This document shows positions 54,659 to 63,267 of a DNA stretch of 64,000 nucleotides, piece after piece. The notes under the pieces were generated by a model. The model worked only from the letters and a program-made list of their open reading frames with translations. It searched no databases and had not been told where the DNA came from. Every line of letters begins with the position of its first letter. Positions within the stretch are counted from its first letter, which is position 1. Both the position numbers and the translations under genes were made by a program. Source of the DNA: an uncultured Pseudomonadota bacterium (GTDB lineage Bacteria > Pseudomonadota > Gammaproteobacteria > Steroidobacterales > Steroidobacteraceae); assembly GCA_963814675.1 (NCBI GenBank), contig CAWFDT010000015.1, positions 321,950 through 385,949 on the forward strand, given 5' to 3'.

Positions 54659-55315
54659 CTACTTCGGGCGTCCCGCTCTTTCCCGCATGTAGTGCACGAG
54701 CTGCTCGAGTCTAGTGCTCACCTGTCGGGCGGTGAGCGACTTGGTCTCAATGCCGGCATAGTCAACGCGCTTCGGTATCGACGCAGCCCCGTCTAGCTGG
54801 CCTCTCGGCTCGCGAAGGGCGGCGGCATCCGCGCCAGCCCGAAGTCCGTGACCCGGGGCGGCTGATGCGGGGGCGCCAGACTGCACCGCTCTAGGGATCG
54901 TCCCCCCGTCTAGCTGCCGTCCCGGCGCGCGAACGGCGGCGGTATCCGCGCCAGCCCGAAGCCCATGCCCCAGGGCGGCCGATGCGGGGGCGCGAGACTG
55001 CACCGCTTTAGTGATCGTCCCCCCGTCCAGCTGGCCTCCCGGCGCGCGAACGGCGGCGGCATCCGCGCCAGCGCGAAGCTCGTGCCCCAGGGCGGCCGAT
55101 GCGGGGGCGCGAGACTGCACCGCTTTAGGGATCGTCCGTTCGAGCTGGTCAAGTCGCGGCCGAAGGTTGGCGATGTCCCTGCTGAGCTCATTCAGGCGGT
55201 CGGGCTGCCGGGGCGTGACGGATCGCCTAAATGCCGCGATAGATACGACCAGGCTGCCAGCCGATACAAGCAGGCTGCCACAAGAAATCCAGATCGTCAG
55301 GGCGGCGTCGCTCAT
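54659..55315 (-). CDS. single-pass membrane protein with three 39-aa tandem repeats
   Basis: GAGGAAG lies 5 nt upstream of ATG 55315. TM segment LTIWISCGSLLVSAGSLVVSIAAF, a coiled segment, then 3 x (TIxKAVQSRAPASAALGHxLRAGADxAAVRAPGxQLDGG). Confidence 0.55.
   Translation of the reverse strand: MSDAALTIWISCGSLLVSAGSLVVSIAAFRRSVTPRQPDRLNELSRDIANLRPRLDQLERTIPKAVQSRAPASAALGHELRAGADAAAVRAPGGQLDGGTITKAVQSRAPASAALGHGLRAGADTAAVRAPGRQLDGGTIPRAVQSGAPASAAPGHGLRAGADAAALREPRGQLDGAASIPKRVDYAGIETKSLTARQVSTRLEQLVHYMRERAGRPK
54787..55137. repeat. 3.0 copies of a 117-bp tandem repeat, in frame within CDS 54659-55315
   Basis: Units start at 54787, 54904 and 55021 (CCCCGTCTAGCTGG...). About 90 % identity between units. 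Confidence 0.9.
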
Positions 55316-55619
55316 TGAGCTTCCTCGCCGAAGATGCTCGCGTCCACGCGAGGCATATGGCACCAAACCAGGTCAGCTTAGCGTCCCGACCGCCGGGCTT
55401 CCTCCGTGTTAGCCGTTTGTGTGATAGCTGTCACGCGGGCAGCGAACTTGGCAGGTAGGCGTCTGGAGGTACTCCTCAGCCAGGACGCAGGTGTTCCGGT
55501 TGGTTACGGCCCAACCCCGAGTGCCTACCACAATTCGGCCACACTAATGCGGTCGCCATCCTTCCGCATCACGAGTTCCGCCAAGGCCCGCGATGCTTTC
55601 TCGACGCGGCGCCCTCCAT

Positions 55620-55852
55620 GGCGACCTTTCTTATCGCCGCATTGCCTGTGAGCACATCCATCCAGGGCGTTTTGAAGTTACCGAGGCTACGTAACGGCCG
55701 CGAGATATCCGGTGGCCCTCATCGTCTAATGGGATCCAATAGGGCCGGAATTGATGCCCACAGCCACTGGAAAGAGACGCGAACCCCCTGGCACGTTCAT
55801 CCGTTCGAGCCACTTGGCCAACGAACGATAGACTCAGAAACTTCCCGGCCGG
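55620..55852 (-). repeat. H1 repeat unit, inverted relative to 51371-51595
   Basis: The minus strand reads CCGGCCGGGAAGTTTCTGAGTCTATCG...GGCTGTGGGCATCAATTCCGGCCC...CTTCAAAACGCCCTGGATGGATG...GATAAGAAAGGTCGCC, aligning end to end with copy A. Confidence 0.85.
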
Positions 55853-55910
55853 ATGCACACATGGCCATCGCTCGCTGAGCAGGAACGGAAGATGATTTCG
55901 GAGCGGCAGG

Positions 55911-56154
55911 GATGATAAAGAAAGCGCGCGAAAACTAGATGATCCACTGAGAGTCACCGTGATCAGGTCGGTCCAGTGGACCGACAATCCTCGAAAATAT
56001 GGCTGCTAATGAACAAGTTAGATCGTCGCGTTTCCCTTGCCTCGATGATGGATTGGACCGATAACCAAATTTAGTTTACTAGATCAATTGGTTACGACGT
56101 TCTAAAGGGCTCGTCGCCTTTAGTCGCCTCAGCTTTGGGATTCTGGGCGCTCAT
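55911..56154 (+). repeat. H2 repeat unit, direct relative to 51580-51827
   Basis: GATGATAAAGAAAGCGCGCGAAAACTAGATGATCCACTGA...CGATGATGGATTGGACCGA...CTAGATCAATTGGTT...GCTCGTCGCCTTTAGTCGCCTCA...GCGCTCAT. Confidence 0.85.
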
Positions 56155-56455
56155 GGGTAGCGGAACGGCACGAGCGACTTGCAGGCAATATCAATTTTCA
56201 GGGCAACCTGCTGAACGTGCTCCTCGCCCGGGAGCACACATAGGACGCGCCGCGAACCAATACGTTAACGATTCCTCCGAATCTACCGGGACCGGCAGTC
56301 ACCGCATCGACCTCAATCGACAATCTGCGGGCGTGGCGAGCGCGCTCGGTACATAGTCCGAACTTCGAACCGGCTGGTTCAGCACGGGATGGGACGTGAT
56401 ATTCGGCTGGCTGCCCCGGTCTATAGGCCATAGCTATTGCTGCGCAGGGTTTCCG

Positions 56456-57163
56456 ATGACACGCCCATTGCGACGATGCCTGGCCGCAGCGACGATGCTG
56501 TGCTGCGTTGGGGCTGCGGATGCCCAACCGCGTCCGGTGGTGATCGAGCTGTTTACCTCACAGGGCTGCAGCTCGTGTCCGCCTGCTGAGGCCTATGTCG
56601 GAAGACTGAGCGCGCGGTCAGATGTCCTGGCGTTATCGTTTCACGTGAACTACTGGAATGAGCTCGGCTGGCCTGATCGGTTTGCCTTGGCTCAGTCGGT
56701 TGAACGACAGAACGTTTACGCTATAAACCTCGGCCGATCTTCCGTCTACACACCGCAGCTTGTCGTGGACGGACGCGCCGATCAGGTCGGCTCGGACGGA
56801 CAGGCGATTGCGAGAGCCCTGAGCGAGAATCGCGATGGCGTATCGGTCAAAGTCTCGGTGCGCGAGGCCGAGGTGCTGGTGGAAATCAGTGCGCGTGCGG
56901 ATGCTAAACCGGGCGATGTGGTCCTCATTCCATACCTGCGCCATGCGGTTTCGGCGATCGGCCGCGGAGAAAACGCTGGCCGCACCCTTGAGGAGTTCAA
57001 CATCGTGCGCGCTATCCGCACTCTGGGACCATGGAAGGGTGAGGCGCAGAGCTTTCACGTACCTGTGTCCTCGCTGCCGCCGGATGCCACCGATGTGGCG
57101 GTTCTTGTTCAGGCGTCCGGACAAGCCTCGATCATGGGAGCGGCCGCTCACGCCCTGCGCTGA
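56456..57163 (+). CDS. DUF1223 domain protein (secreted thioredoxin-like)
   Basis: MTRPLRRCLAAATMLCCVGAADA is the signal peptide. VVIELFTSQGCSSCPPAE...LSFHVNYWNELGWPD. Confidence 0.85.
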   Translation: MTRPLRRCLAAATMLCCVGAADAQPRPVVIELFTSQGCSSCPPAEAYVGRLSARSDVLALSFHVNYWNELGWPDRFALAQSVERQNVYAINLGRSSVYTPQLVVDGRADQVGSDGQAIARALSENRDGVSVKVSVREAEVLVEISARADAKPGDVVLIPYLRHAVSAIGRGENAGRTLEEFNIVRAIRTLGPWKGEAQSFHVPVSSLPPDATDVAVLVQASGQASIMGAAAHALR

Positions 57164-57524
57164 ATGGTCGGGGAGCGGAATCTCGCCGGGCCGTCTTTTT
57201 GGGGCCACAGCCGCCGTTTGGATCATTGTTGTCCAACGGCCTTCCGCGGCTAGCCGTGATGATTGGCGCATTCGTAGCGTGCGCAGCGGCGGCACTGGGC
57301 GGACACGAGAGAGATCGGCACCCCTAGGGTGTGATCCGAGCATTTCCGGCGGCCCAGCCACCCTCTCGGTCGCGTTCGGGGGCTGAGCGACCGCGTTTGA
57401 CTGCCAGAAGGCGCCTACGTCGACTTCAACTTGTCCTCGTCCCCTGAGAGTCCACATCCCTACATCAGTTAGGCGCGTTCGGGCCCACGCTACAGTCTGA
57501 ACCGAGCCAATTGTGGAGAGACTT

Positions 57525-57839
57525 ATGATGACTCGAACCACGGCCCTTGTGGCCCTCGTGGTGCTGGGCGTAACGACGCTTGCCGCAGCGCAATCAACGC
57601 CCCCCGCGAATTCGATGACACCGTCTAATTCATCCTCACCGCAGGCCCCAAGCGGCGGTATGAATAACGATTCCTTCACCACTGCGACACCGTCCGGCAC
57701 AGGCGATAAGGTAGGGCAGGACCCGAAGATGAAGGCATGCATGACGTCGGAGAAGGCCAAGAACTCCGGCCTCTCTGATGATCAGGTAAAGCAGAAGTGC
57801 ATGATGCAAATTGCTAGCCACCAAGGCCAAAACAAGTAA
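57525..57839 (+). CDS. small secreted protein, PsiF-like C-terminus
   Basis: Signal peptide MMTRTTALVALVVLGVTTLAAAQ, a low-complexity S/T/P linker, and KMKACMTSEKAKNSGLSDDQVKQKCMMQ. Confidence 0.5.
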   Translation: MMTRTTALVALVVLGVTTLAAAQSTPPANSMTPSNSSSPQAPSGGMNNDSFTTATPSGTGDKVGQDPKMKACMTSEKAKNSGLSDDQVKQKCMMQIASHQGQNK

Positions 57840-57988
57840 ATCCCAGGTGAAATGCGGTCGCCGTGCACAAGGGTGGCGGCCGTTGGGAGACACCGACCGC
57901 GCCGTCCCGGCGCAGTTTCTGAGGCTAAGCCGTTCGCCCCGTCCAAGACCTGATTCTTATGAGGTGACGGGCATGCTAGAGGATCCGA

Positions 57989-58471
57989 ATGAGTGCAGTA
58001 ATGCTTGCGATATTTAACCGGGTTTGCGACGCGGAGAGCGTGCGCACAGAACTCGTTAAGGACGGGTTTCCGACCGATCGTGTCGAACTCACTGCTACGG
58101 GTGAGAAAGGGCGTGCGGGTCTGCAGCCGGCCGACTCATCTCACGGTCAGTTCACGCAATACTTTGGGACGCTGTTTGACCGAGAGGGTGACCGTACGTT
58201 CGTCGAGGAGCTCGCGAAGCGCGTGGCAAACGGTAGCGTCGCGACCGTAGCGGTGCATCCACGCGGTGACATTGAGACGTCGCGCGCCACCGAGATTTTT
58301 GAGAAGCAAGGTGCCCTGCAGGTCGTGCCCCACGATCTGGAGGATCAGGCTTTCGAGAGCGCTGCTTCCTCTGAGAGCAGCTCTTGGCTCGAACATCTGC
58401 TGCCGCAGTATGCAGGGGACTCGGGGCGCTTCTGTTTGCGTTCGCTCCCCGATGGGGACGGGAATAGTTAG
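57989..58471 (+). CDS. hypothetical protein (general-stress-protein-like)
   Basis: 160 aa. AGAGGA precedes the ATG. No motif that I can name. Confidence 0.45.
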   Translation: MSAVMLAIFNRVCDAESVRTELVKDGFPTDRVELTATGEKGRAGLQPADSSHGQFTQYFGTLFDREGDRTFVEELAKRVANGSVATVAVHPRGDIETSRATEIFEKQGALQVVPHDLEDQAFESAASSESSSWLEHLLPQYAGDSGRFCLRSLPDGDGNS

Positions 58472-58583
58472 CATTTATGCCCGGTCCGTTCTTGCTAACG
58501 GCACCGCTCGCTGTCGGCACCGGAGCGAGACAGGAGCTGCGTCACAGGCGAAGACATTGGTCGCAGTGTGAAATCTCGGCGCG

Positions 58584-59210
58584 CTAACTGGACTGATTGC
58601 TTCGGTCCACGGACGCGTTCTCTGAAGGCTTAGCGTTTTTTCCGGTGCTTGAGGGAGCGGCCTTGGAGGGCCCGGCTGCCGCGGGCTGGTCGTCGATCAG
58701 TCCGACCTGCTCAATGGCGGCAAGCACCTCCTCAGCATCGGTCGCTTCCCGCAGGACCTCGACATGTGGATCTTTGCGATCCTGCACCATCGGCAGGTCG
58801 TGGCGCAGCTCCTCAAGGAGGTGAATCAGCTTGGTAACCTTGTGCTCGCTCAACAGGCTCACCTGCAAAGCCAGGTGCGAGCGCTGTTGCTCAAGGAACG
58901 CTTGTCGATTCTGTGCGATCAGTATCACGGTAGTACTGACCAGAGCGGCAAGCGCCAGAACGCCGGCGAGTAGCGGAAACGGGAAGGGATCAAAGGGTTT
59001 CACAGCGAATTTGTTGTAAGTCACCCAAAAGGCCGCAAATCCGCAAAGACCGGCAAGGTAGCGGGCACTGCCAATGATCCCGGAGAGATATTCAACCCAA
59101 CGCTGCGCCGAAGTCCGCTTAAGCTCTTCCTGGCGCTGAATGGCAACTAGGCTTTCGAGATTCTGTTCGAGGGGCGCCGGGGGCGCGCGCTCGGGCTCGA
59201 TGGATGGCAT
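58584..59210 (-). CDS. DUF1003 domain membrane protein
   Basis: 208 aa with two TM segments and FPFPLLAGVLALAALVSTTVILIAQNRQ, typical of DUF1003. Confidence 0.8.
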   Translation of the reverse strand: MPSIEPERAPPAPLEQNLESLVAIQRQEELKRTSAQRWVEYLSGIIGSARYLAGLCGFAAFWVTYNKFAVKPFDPFPFPLLAGVLALAALVSTTVILIAQNRQAFLEQQRSHLALQVSLLSEHKVTKLIHLLEELRHDLPMVQDRKDPHVEVLREATDAEEVLAAIEQVGLIDDQPAAAGPSKAAPSSTGKNAKPSENASVDRSNQSS

Positions 59211-59221
59211 GAGGCTGGACG

Positions 59222-60049
59222 TTATCTATCCGCGGCCGGGCCGGAAAAGCGACCATCCTTGTCTGAGAAAACGATCTCGACGCGACGATTCTGCTGACGC
59301 CCCGCGGCGGTGGAATTGCTCGCCACCGGAAAGGCTTCGCCGCGCCCGACCGTCTGCAGCTGCGAAGCTGGCACGTCCTGATCGCGCAACGCGTGCGCGA
59401 CCGCATCCGCCCGGCGCTGGGACAGAAGCTCGTTGAACTCTTGGGAGCCCGAACTGTCGGTGAAGCCTTCGATGCGTACTCTTGTCTCGGGATTGCTCAC
59501 GAGAAACTTCGCGAGTCGCTCGACGGTGAGCTCAGCGCCCGGCTTCAAAGTCGCCTGGCCTGTGTCAAAAAGGACATCTCCCATGGTGACGACCATGCCC
59601 CGATCCGTTTGCTTTGCCTTGAGGTCCGCGAGCTGCTGTTGCGTCTCACTCAACTGGGCCTTGGCACTTTGCACTTGCTGCTCGCGCGCGGCGAGGAGGG
59701 TCTTCTCGCGGTCGCTTTGCGCCTGGGTGATCTGTTGGCGGGCCTGCGCTTCAGCCACCCGCGCCTTGCCCGCTTGGGCATCGCGCAGCGCGAGATAAGC
59801 GAGGCTGTTGACATCCTCGATGGGCTGTTTCTGTTGCTGCGCTGCCTCGGCCTGCTGCAGGGTGTTGCGTGCCGACTGCAAGTCAGGCCCCGCGGCCTGC
59901 TGGGCCAGCGGATCCGCCGCGAGCGCACTCACTTCGGTGCGCGCTTCATCGAGCACCGGGCTCTGCGGCGGCGTCGTGGCACACGCCGCCAGAAGCAAAA
60001 ATCCCGAACCCAGCGGGACCAAGCGAAGCAACGAGCGTAGGTGTTTCAA
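59222..60049 (-). CDS. OmpA-family lipoprotein with N-terminal DUF4398-like coiled region
   Basis: TTG start. Lipobox LLLAAC. C-terminal OmpA motif FDTGQATLKP...IEGFTDSSGSQEFNELLSQRRADAV...NRRVEIV. Confidence 0.88.
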   Translation of the reverse strand: MKHLRSLLRLVPLGSGFLLLAACATTPPQSPVLDEARTEVSALAADPLAQQAAGPDLQSARNTLQQAEAAQQQKQPIEDVNSLAYLALRDAQAGKARVAEAQARQQITQAQSDREKTLLAAREQQVQSAKAQLSETQQQLADLKAKQTDRGMVVTMGDVLFDTGQATLKPGAELTVERLAKFLVSNPETRVRIEGFTDSSGSQEFNELLSQRRADAVAHALRDQDVPASQLQTVGRGEAFPVASNSTAAGRQQNRRVEIVFSDKDGRFSGPAADR

Positions 60050-60438
60050 TTTTGTCCCTCGGGGCGATTCGCCTCCTGGCGTAGCGATTCATTACTCTTG
60101 GCCAACTCTTGAGCGGACGCTTGAGCCTCAGCGGCGGCACTCTGCGCCAAGGCCAAATTGGCGTCCGCGGCCGCTGCTTTCGCCGAGCGTCGGGCAGCGT
60201 CGTACTTATGTTCTCCATTCAGGCGTTCAGCGGTCTGCAACTCTTCGTGGGCCCGCTGCATGTCCGCGCCCGCGTAGCGCTGAGCGTTGGCTTTATCCGC
60301 CTGCTGGACCATGGCCTGCGCTTTGGCCAGATCCTCGGTAGCGGGGGGTCCTTCGGTGGCGCAAGCCCCTAGAGCGGTTGCGGTTAAAACTCCGACGGCC
60401 GCGATCGCGGCGCGGAGACCTCTCGCTGTGAAATACAT
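60046..60438 (-). CDS. DUF4398 domain lipoprotein
   Basis: MYFTARGLRAAIAAVGVLTATALGAC carries a lipobox, followed by helical A/Q-rich repeats. Its stop overlaps the downstream TTG start. Confidence 0.75.
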   Translation of the reverse strand: MYFTARGLRAAIAAVGVLTATALGACATEGPPATEDLAKAQAMVQQADKANAQRYAGADMQRAHEELQTAERLNGEHKYDAARRSAKAAAADANLALAQSAAAEAQASAQELAKSNESLRQEANRPEGQN

Positions 60439-60650
60439 GGCTTCAAGCACTCCCAAGTCATAACGTGGTTTGTGCAGCACATTAGGCGACCGCTGGGAAC
60501 ACGACCATCAGTTCGGGATGCGCGCGACCGTCAGGGAAAGCTGACCGTGTGCGCTTTCGTGCGCCGCGGCGCGCCCGCGAAGTCGCCAGAGTGCGGGGAG
60601 GGCGTTTCGCATGCTTCGAATGCTTCGAATGCGCCTGCTCGCATTACCTG

Positions 60651-61016
60651 TTACGCCTCATCGCGCAGGGCGAAGCGACGCGATCGAGCCCCCAGGAAGA
60701 GGCCGACGATCAATCCACTTGTTGCGGCGACGCCTACCAACTGCCACGGTTGCGCGTGCACGTAACGATCGCTTTGCTCGAGCGCGTGTTGAGCGCGAAT
60801 GCTCCATGCGACCTTGGTCGCCGCCACTGCGTTCGCCACGCGAGAACGAAGCAAACTGACTTTCGCATCGGCCACTTCCCGCAGTGCGGCGATCAACGCC
60901 TGAACGTCGGTGAGTAGCTGCTCGACCTGTGTGTCGACTTCTGCGCGAGCTGCGCGGGCTGCCTCGCGCGCTGCGCGCGCCGCGGCCCGGTCGAGTTCAC
61001 TTCCGTTCGTTGCCAT
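60651..61016 (-). CDS. DUF883 (ElaB/YqjD-like) membrane-anchored stress protein
   Basis: AAGGAGAG precedes ATG 61016. A helical N-terminus is followed by the C-terminal YVHAQPWQLVGVAATSGLIVGLFLG. Confidence 0.8.
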   Translation of the reverse strand: MATNGSELDRAAARAAREAARAARAEVDTQVEQLLTDVQALIAALREVADAKVSLLRSRVANAVAATKVAWSIRAQHALEQSDRYVHAQPWQLVGVAATSGLIVGLFLGARSRRFALRDEA

Positions 61017-61310
61017 CGGGTCTCTCCTTCGTTGCGTCTCTATGCGGCGGGCTACGGAGGAGCTCATAGTGCCCCCCTGCTTACTGTAGACACTCACTGG
61101 GCGTCCCGAATCCTCCTAGGCTGAGTCCGACAACGGGGCTTCGACGCCGTTTGCGCCCGCAGATTCGACGGGACCTCCGGGATCTCATAAGTCCACACAA
61201 GACTGGGCAGTATCGGGTAACTCCTACGCGCATTCGGGGCGCGCAGAGGCTAGTGGCGCGCGACGGTTCAGTTAGCCTGATCGTTGAAGCTATCTTCAGG
61301 AGTCACCGCT

Positions 61311-61508
61311 ATGAACGAAGACAAAATCAAAGGACAGTGGAAGCAAATAGCCGGCAAGGCGAAATCGAAGTGGGGAAAGCTCACCGACGATGACTTGAAG
61401 GTCGCGGAAGGTGATAGCGAATACCTGGCAGGAAAGGTGCAGGAGCGGTACGGAATTGCCCGTACTGAGGCAGAGAAACAGGTGAAGGAGTTTGGCTCTA
61501 GGCTCTGA
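61311..61508 (+). CDS. CsbD-family stress response protein
   Basis: AGGAG lies 7 nt upstream. MNEDKIKGQWKQIAGKAKSKWGKLTDDDL...GKVQERYG. Confidence 0.88.
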   Translation: MNEDKIKGQWKQIAGKAKSKWGKLTDDDLKVAEGDSEYLAGKVQERYGIARTEAEKQVKEFGSRL

Positions 61509-61567
61509 GTGCCTCGAGCGCTCACGCTGACGAACACACCTTTGGCCAGTGTCCTGCGAGATTTGCG

Positions 61568-61867
61568 ATGCGGCCCGACGACAACGGCCCGATAGCGAGA
61601 AACCCGTGGCACGCGGTGGAGATTGTTCCACCCCGGGCGAGCTGTATCGCAGCGCAGGCGGTCAAAGGAATACGCTTTCTGTCGGCGCAGGCGCCGCCTT
61701 TGCCGCTCGAGCAGTGTACCCAGCCGACGGCGTGTCGGTGCACCTATCGAAAGCATACTGACCGAAGGGAAGAAGCGCGTCGCGCGGAAGATGCGCTCGG
61801 CGTAAGTCGATGGTGTCCGGTACCGATGGAGCGCCGTCAGAACCGTGGCCGACGCAACTCGGATTGA
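61568..61867 (+). CDS. hypothetical Cys-containing small protein
   Basis: 99 aa. WHAVEIV...CIAAQAVKGIRFLSAQAPPLPLEQCTQPTACRCTYRKHTDRR is a pattern I recall from conserved hypotheticals. Confidence 0.4.
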   Translation: MRPDDNGPIARNPWHAVEIVPPRASCIAAQAVKGIRFLSAQAPPLPLEQCTQPTACRCTYRKHTDRREEARRAEDALGVSRWCPVPMERRQNRGRRNSD

Positions 61868-62156
61868 TAGGCCTCGGCTCTCGATGGCCGAAGAAGACGA
61901 AAGCGAGTCGCTCGAGACGGAAGTCGAGCAGGCTTTGGAAGAGGCGAAGCAGTCGCGTCGAGCGTGCGGTACCGGCGACTGACTTCCAGCTTCATCGGTG
62001 TCGGCCGCATCAACCTAATTGGGCGCAGGGAGTCGCTGCTCCACCTAGGCCGCCGACGCTCGTCGGCGGCGCAAGGTTGCAGCGCGCTCCACCCGCATTT
62101 CCGATAGCGCGACTCGGCGGGTGCCAGATTTAGCAGCGCGGGTAGCGCAGCCGTCA

Positions 62157-62549
62157 TCACTTCGCCGCCAGCTGCGCGGGCGCCTCGATTCCGTACGCCG
62201 CGGCTTGCCGAAGCGTATGCGTTCCAAGATAGACTTGCGTGAGCAGTGGCAAATTGACGGAACGGATCGCCGTTCCCAGCGCCTTCTCATGGCAAGCCAC
62301 TGGATCGCCGGAGGGTTTCAGGTCGACCCGGTTGCCATGCGTGCAGGCTACGTCTGCAGCATGCTTGAGGCGCCCATAGAACTCCTGAGCGCCGGCAGGA
62401 GTGTGCAGATCGAACCCCTGTGTGCTCACCTGAATGGCGACGGTGACGTCGTGGCCCTGGGCCGCAACATTGCCCGCGACAAGCGCGCCAGCAATCGCGA
62501 CGGCACCCAGCGTGAAGTGGCTACGCAAAAAAGCTGTTTTGATGGACAT
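62157..62549 (-). CDS. UrcA-family protein
   Basis: 130 aa, signal peptide present. VSTQGFDLHTPAGAQEFYGRLKHAADVAC...ACHEKAL. Confidence 0.8.
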   Translation of the reverse strand: MSIKTAFLRSHFTLGAVAIAGALVAGNVAAQGHDVTVAIQVSTQGFDLHTPAGAQEFYGRLKHAADVACTHGNRVDLKPSGDPVACHEKALGTAIRSVNLPLLTQVYLGTHTLRQAAAYGIEAPAQLAAK

Positions 62550-62738
62550 GTGAATCTCCTCATGAATCCGCGTTGATCGCCCGGTTCATGGATAACGAGT
62601 CCCCGGGTGACGAATTGGACACCTTTAACTCGGCACGACCGCGGGCGGGGGGTGATGGCGCGGATGCACCGAAAAGTTTTGGTTGCGAAATTCGAGCTGG
62701 GGGACTCATATACGAAGAAGGGGGGATTTTCATGCGTT

Positions 62739-63263
62739 GTGGTGGCCGTGGCTGACCCGAAGCCATCGCTGGTCGAGCGGCTGTTTACCGACCAACGGGC
62801 GGCCTTACAGGCGTTCTTGCGGCGGCGCATCCGTACGCAGGCCGATGCAGCGGACTTGGCGCAGGAGGTATATGTACGGATGCTGCGCATCAGCGACCAG
62901 GGGGCGATACGCAATCCCGTCCATTACCTCTACACGGTCGCCAACAATCTCGTGAAGGAGCATGCGGTGCTCGAGCGTCGGCAAGCCAGCGGCGGCGACA
63001 TCGACGAGGCTGAGATGCCGGAGCAGCTCCAGACGCTGCCCGCGTTCGACGGAGAACTCGATGCGGGACAGCGGGTTGCGCGGCTCAACGTTGTGCTAAA
63101 ACAGCTGCGTCCGAAATGCCGCACCGCTGTGGTCCTGCGCTTCACGCATGAACTGTCGTACCGGGAGATCGCGATCCATCTCGGGGTGTCGCCGCAGATG
63201 GCCAAGAAGTACGTGGCGCAGGGACTGAGTCACTGTCAACGCCGCATGGCGCGGCTGGGTTGA
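62739..63263 (+). CDS. ECF (FecI-type) RNA polymerase sigma-70 factor
   Basis: ADLAQEVYVRMLRI...YLYTVANNL; LRPKCRTAVVLRFTHELSYREIAIHLGVSPQMAKKYV. The start was chosen at the GTG cluster 62739-62748; the ORF-track start 62607 is probably too long. Confidence 0.85.
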   Translation: MVAVADPKPSLVERLFTDQRAALQAFLRRRIRTQADAADLAQEVYVRMLRISDQGAIRNPVHYLYTVANNLVKEHAVLERRQASGGDIDEAEMPEQLQTLPAFDGELDAGQRVARLNVVLKQLRPKCRTAVVLRFTHELSYREIAIHLGVSPQMAKKYVAQGLSHCQRRMARLG

Positions 63264-63267
63264 ATCC

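Noticed and set aside
56633-57760. 375-aa ORF on the minus strand
   Set aside because: It spans two independently supported plus-strand genes (DUF1223 and the PsiF-like gene) and their intergenic region. It has no motifs.
60611-60632. Mini tandem duplication ATGCTTCGA x2 in the DUF4398/DUF883 intergenic region, and GCGGTCGTC x2 near 31670
   Set aside because: With only two 9-nt copies each, these are consistent with trivial replication slippage. I can propose no function.
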